DNA of 42,455 nucleotides from a virus: IMG/VR virus record IMGVR_UViG_3300029194_000007; one strand, 5' to 3'. Shown piece by piece: positions 40,758 to 42,455 of this stretch (position 1 is its first letter; each line of letters starts with the position of its first letter). The notes under the pieces were generated by a model. It saw only the letters and a program-made list of their open reading frames with translations, ran no database searches and was not told where the DNA came from. The position numbers and the translations under genes were made by a program.

Positions 40758-40887
40758 AACCCCACAACCAACAATTCGTCCTAATGGGAATTTTAAATTA
40801 TCTAACCAAACAAGGGAGCAACCTAGCACCGGTGGAGCCTCAAGACCACCAAGACCGCCTAAACCAACCCCTAAAACTGGAAGATAA
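40741..40887 (+). CDS. Possible 48-aa Pro/Arg-rich micro-ORF
   Basis: Hand-translated as MAKINKTPQPTIRPNGNFKLSNQTREQPSTGGASRPPRPPKPTPKTGR. It overlaps the 2-TM gene end by 17 nt and is below the ORF-track cutoff. Confidence 0.3.
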   Translation: MAKINKTPQPTIRPNGNFKLSNQTREQPSTGGASRPPRPPKPTPKTGR

Positions 40888-40891
40888 AAAA

Positions 40892-41098
40892 TTATTTATC
40901 AGGACGTGGCAAAGGAATATATTCCGTTTTAATGCCACGCTCCGAAAGTAATTTCGACAATCTCCAGCTTATATATGAAGCAGAACTCTTTCGGATTACT
41001 GCCTCGTATAACAATTGTGTAGCAATATACTCTACACAATCGCGAGATAACTCTTTCTCTTTCATAAACAATACTTTAGTTTCGCCTAATATAAACAT
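40892..41098 (-). CDS. Hypothetical small protein (convergent with the repressor operon)
   Basis: 68-aa ORF. A start at M12 (41065, MKEKELSRD) is equally plausible. Confidence 0.4.
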   Translation of the reverse strand: MFILGETKVLFMKEKELSRDCVEYIATQLLYEAVIRKSSASYISWRLSKLLSERGIKTEYIPLPRPDK

Positions 41099-41193
41099 AA
41101 AAACGGATTAACCAATGAATATCATATTGATTTAAACAAAATATATCATTACAGTGTTTTGTATTAAGATATATTCCCAAATTAACCAAAAAC

Positions 41194-41346
41194 ATGGAAA
41201 CTAATACCAAAACACTTTCTATAATCGTTGAAGAACAAAAAAAAGAAATCGAATTACTAAGAGAGCAGCTAAAAATCACGCTAGCTGTAGCATGCGAAGA
41301 TAAATGTCTCCCTTGCATATTGAAATTTTTAAAAACCAAAAGATAA
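41194..41346 (+). CDS. Possible 50-aa coiled-coil / CxxC micro-ORF
   Basis: Hand-translated as METNTKTLSIIVEEQKKEIELLREQLKITLAVACEDKCLPCILKFLKTKR. It ends 4 nt before the next + strand gene. It is preferred over the hydrophobic antisense ORF 41076-41390. Confidence 0.4.
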   Translation: METNTKTLSIIVEEQKKEIELLREQLKITLAVACEDKCLPCILKFLKTKR

Positions 41347-41350
41347 CAGT

Positions 41351-42379
41351 ATGAAAAAAGCTTTATTTGGATTGCTAATCTGTGCGGCATTAACTCAACC
41401 CATATATGCCCAAGACGAAAAAATTACTAATAGTTCTATCCTAGAAATGGTTAAACTTGGATTTTCCAACGACATAATCATTAGCAAAATAAATAGTAGT
41501 ACATGCAACTTCGACACAAGCATTGACAGCTTGAAGACATTGAAAGAAATGGGGGTTAATAACGATATCATCATTGCCATGATAAACCATGCTCCTGTAA
41601 GCAATAACAAAAATAACGACACAGACAGATCGGGCATCTATTACAAAAACGGGGATGAATTTATCAAAATACTACCTTCTGTTTTTTCAGGTTCCCAAAC
41701 TAACACATTAGCTACTGCATTCTCTTACGGTTTAGCTAACACCAAGATTAAATCTACAATGGATGGAGCACATTCAAGTAACGTAGTGGCAACCAACTCA
41801 CCTGAATTCTATTTCTACTTCAACGCCAACAGGCAAGGTGATTTAGGTTTATCTGCAACAAACTGGTGGTTTTCTGCTGCATCATCACCCAATGAATTTA
41901 CCTTGGTTGAACTAGTAAGCAAAAAAGGACGCAGAGAACTAGAAACAGGAAAAATCAATCTCTACGCAGGCTCTACTACCGGAATAGATGGAAAGAAGGC
42001 TATTAAAGTCAATATTGAGGTCATAAATGACCATACCTTTAAGGTCACTCCCCAATTCTTCCTGGACGCGGGAGAATATTGCTTCTTCTTTAAAGGGAAT
42101 ATACCACATGGAGGATACAGTAATCAATCTGTCTTCGATTTCTCTATACCAAGAGATTTAAAACTTAATATAAACAGCCTCTTCGATAAGGGAGATTACG
42201 TTTGGGTATTAGAGGATGAAGAGCCTAAAAGCTACGAAATCATGAGTACTCATATAAATTCGGATGGCGTGTACTATGGGATAGGTCGCAAAATGAGCGC
42301 AGACGTTATTGCATATATATCTGAAAAAGATTGCTATAAATCCAAGAAAGAACTAAAACAGGCTTTAAATATAGAATAG
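41351..42379 (+). CDS. Secreted protein of unknown function (lysogeny-expressed moron candidate)
   Basis: 342 aa with the signal peptide MKKALFGLLICAALTQPIYAQ and two N-terminal ..(F/V)(S/N)NDIII..IN repeats. Its stop lies inside the 99-bp circular overlap, 16 nt before int. Confidence 0.7.
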   Translation: MKKALFGLLICAALTQPIYAQDEKITNSSILEMVKLGFSNDIIISKINSSTCNFDTSIDSLKTLKEMGVNNDIIIAMINHAPVSNNKNNDTDRSGIYYKNGDEFIKILPSVFSGSQTNTLATAFSYGLANTKIKSTMDGAHSSNVVATNSPEFYFYFNANRQGDLGLSATNWWFSAASSPNEFTLVELVSKKGRRELETGKINLYAGSTTGIDGKKAIKVNIEVINDHTFKVTPQFFLDAGEYCFFFKGNIPHGGYSNQSVFDFSIPRDLKLNINSLFDKGDYVWVLEDEEPKSYEIMSTHINSDGVYYGIGRKMSADVIAYISEKDCYKSKKELKQALNIE

Positions 42380-42455
42380 CTATCATTATAACATCATGAA
42401 CATCAAACGAACAACTACCTTTCTCCTGGACAAGGAGAAAGGCAAGCCCGATTCC
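42357..42455. repeat. Terminal direct repeat, copy 2 (identical to 1-99)
   Basis: Direct comparison of both ends. Confidence 0.95.

Larger units (their letters stand above)
1..42356. mobile_element. Complete circular temperate phage / excised prophage genome (HK97-like head module, long non-contractile tail, Bacteroidales-type)
   Basis: Integrase, CI-like repressor, TerS/TerL, portal, protease, capsid, tape measure, fibres and holin are all present. The window closes on itself through an exact 99-bp overlap. Confidence 0.85.

Noticed and set aside
41076-41390. 104-aa minus-strand ORF
   Set aside because: It is hydrophobic and low complexity. It overlaps the start of the well-supported + strand secreted-protein gene and the + strand 50-aa ORF, and it would collide with gene 40892-41098.

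Overview
The window is a closed circle. Bases 1-99 are identical to 42357-42455, so the unique length is 42,356 bp. It is the complete genome of a temperate tailed phage or excised prophage with an HK97-type head module. Bacteroidales hallmarks are a Bacteroides-style tyrosine integrase, TTTG/TAnnTTTG promoter boxes, and DUF3127- and DUF4494-like early genes.

Layout:
- Integrase on the + strand (40-1302).
- A repeat-flanked, AT-rich candidate attP (1301-1521).
- A small XRE operon (1522-1934).
- About 37 kb of genes all on the - strand. Read in transcription order from 39323 down to 2078:
  - Early and replication genes: an HTH protein, a DUF4494-like protein, a tRNA-like gene with an interrupted anticodon arm, NinG, a Rep-like initiator and an OB-fold protein.
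  - A 447-aa fusion protein that carries fifteen 27-bp tandem repeats.
  - A C5 and an N6A DNA methyltransferase.
  - Small regulators, then HNH / cos gap / TerS / TerL.
  - A KilA-N moron, then portal, protease and major capsid.
  - Connectors, tail tube, tape measure, and tail tip and fibres.
  - Holin and a putative lysin, then cargo genes.
- A + strand lysogeny block (39667-42379): CI-like repressor, a 2-TM protein, a Pro-rich micro-ORF and a secreted protein.

Items most worth follow-up:
1. The tRNA-like gene with a 72-nt anticodon-arm insertion.
2. The fusion protein whose 9-aa repeats vary only at two adjacent residues.
3. A 173-codon +1-frame ORF nested in the C5 methyltransferase gene, which reads like methyltransferase sequence.
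4. A dyad-containing motif of about 31 bp repeated before five late genes.
5. Two + strand promoter/terminator units antisense to the leaders of the holin and lysin genes.
6. A repressor-linked 2-TM protein.

No searches or computations were run. All family names come from motif recognition in the translations and are recalled from memory.
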